Source: an uncultured Dehalococcoidia bacterium
GTDB lineage: Bacteria; Chloroflexota; Dehalococcoidia; Lucifugimonadales; UBA3495
Assembly: GCA_950072105.1 (NCBI GenBank)
Contig: CATMOE010000053.1
Location: 1-25,855 of the forward strand
Direction: 5' to 3'
Length of the DNA: 25,855 nt
Position numbers and translations under genes: made by a program. Below, one piece after another: positions 24,974 to 25,855 of this stretch. The notes beneath the pieces are model-generated. The model worked only from the letters and a program-made list of their open reading frames with translations. It made no database searches and had not been told where the DNA came from. Numbering within the stretch: the first letter of the stretch is position 1; every line of letters begins with the position of its first letter.

Positions 24974-25855
24974 ATGTTGTTCGCCATTATCATTACTTTG
25001 TTCGACAAGCTCGGTTCGGTACTTTTCCGAAGAGAGAACCAGCTGGACCGGGAGGTTAGACAACATCAACTATTAGCCTCTCGCCATTCCTTTCCCGTGA
25101 TTCCGGTTGTCCTGGTGCTTTTCATGGTGTCCGCGGTCACCATCGCGGCGGTGTTTGTTGGTCTAGGTAATGCTGCTGGGGACACTGATTCATCCGTAAC
25201 CTCACAACTACCCATACCAACCATTGAGTCAACACCCAGCCCGACGGCCGGACCTGTGCCGGTTAGCACGCCGGCACCGGCGGCCGCTGTCATTCCCACC
25301 AGCACACCGTCGCCCACGCCCGCTCCGGTTCTACTGCCTTCGCCGACAGGGCTGCCCGTGATTGAACCTTTGCCCACCGCAACGATCGCGCCAACGCCGG
25401 AGCCTACAGTTGCACCGATACCGGCAAAGATCCCGACAGCCACACCCGTACCTCCGCCGCCGCCCACGGCCACTCCGGTCCCGGCCCTGACCCTCGAGGC
25501 CGTCGCCTCTACGATGGCAGGGCTCACGTCCCTGAGCTTCACAATGACCGGCGGGCCTGACGGGAGCATCGTGCGAGAAGGGATTGGGGCCGATAAGGTC
25601 GGCGCGATCGTCGGCGCCCTTCAGCAACCGGTCGATAGCTTGAGCCAGTGGATAGACAACCGGCCCCATCGCGGAATCTCCGGAACAGTATCACGCCTGG
25701 CGTTGGCTGCCCTCTTCCCCAGCGCTCCCACAGACGGCGACGTTGCCGTGCAGATCTGGGTAGACGACGGAGGCCGGGTGCGCCGTCTCCGAATCGAGGG
25801 TGCAGTGATGTCCGACGACGCTGGGGACACGGTCCGGGTGCTGGAGCCCAAGGAC
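24974..25855 (+). CDS. Membrane-anchored Pro/Thr-rich protein with LppX/LprAFG-like C-terminal domain, 3' partial
   Basis: Not in the ORF track because it has no stop in the window. Frame is open from the ATG at 24974 to the end: TM segment VIPVVLVLFMVSAVTIAAVFVGL, long P/T/A linker, then TMAGLTSLSFTMT...VQIWVDDGGRVRRLRIEGAV...DTVRVLE. Confidence 0.7.
   Translation, partial: MLFAIIITLFDKLGSVLFRRENQLDREVRQHQLLASRHSFPVIPVVLVLFMVSAVTIAAVFVGLGNAAGDTDSSVTSQLPIPTIESTPSPTAGPVPVSTPAPAAAVIPTSTPSPTPAPVLLPSPTGLPVIEPLPTATIAPTPEPTVAPIPAKIPTATPVPPPPPTATPVPALTLEAVASTMAGLTSLSFTMTGGPDGSIVREGIGADKVGAIVGALQQPVDSLSQWIDNRPHRGISGTVSRLALAALFPSAPTDGDVAVQIWVDDGGRVRRLRIEGAVMSDDAGDTVRVLEPKD

Overview
Bacterial chromosomal segment, inferred to be Chloroflexota (Dehalococcoidia/SAR202-like) from gene content and order. 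Bases 1-~3700 are the right end of an integrative element inserted at the 3' end of tRNA-Arg(GCG). It carries a partial SGNH-hydrolase gene, a decayed GT-C-like membrane protein fragment, about 600 bp of non-coding ~11-bp-periodic degenerate repeats in two arrays, and an ICEBs1/phage-type tyrosine integrase whose reading frame runs through the attachment region and stops inside the tRNA. Next come three minus-strand tRNAs (Arg-GCG, Leu-CAG, Val-CAC) and an SDR gene bracketed by dif-like (XerCD-type) sequences. A minus-strand core run follows: tsaC/sua5, a catalytically degenerate polyprenyl synthase, pgk, apgM, tpiA, miaA, dapF, dapL, hflX. The divergent plus-strand purine cluster is guaA, purD, two hypothetical genes, purE, a HAD phosphatase, purB, purC, DUF3105 and purS, followed by a BNR beta-propeller and a partial Pro/Thr-rich LppX-like exported protein. 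The most interesting signals are the helically phased 11-bp arrays before the integrase, the dif-like sites around the SDR gene, the pseudo-prenyltransferase, and the integrase C-terminus encoded antisense to the tRNA. All family calls come from motif recognition by eye; no database search was run.
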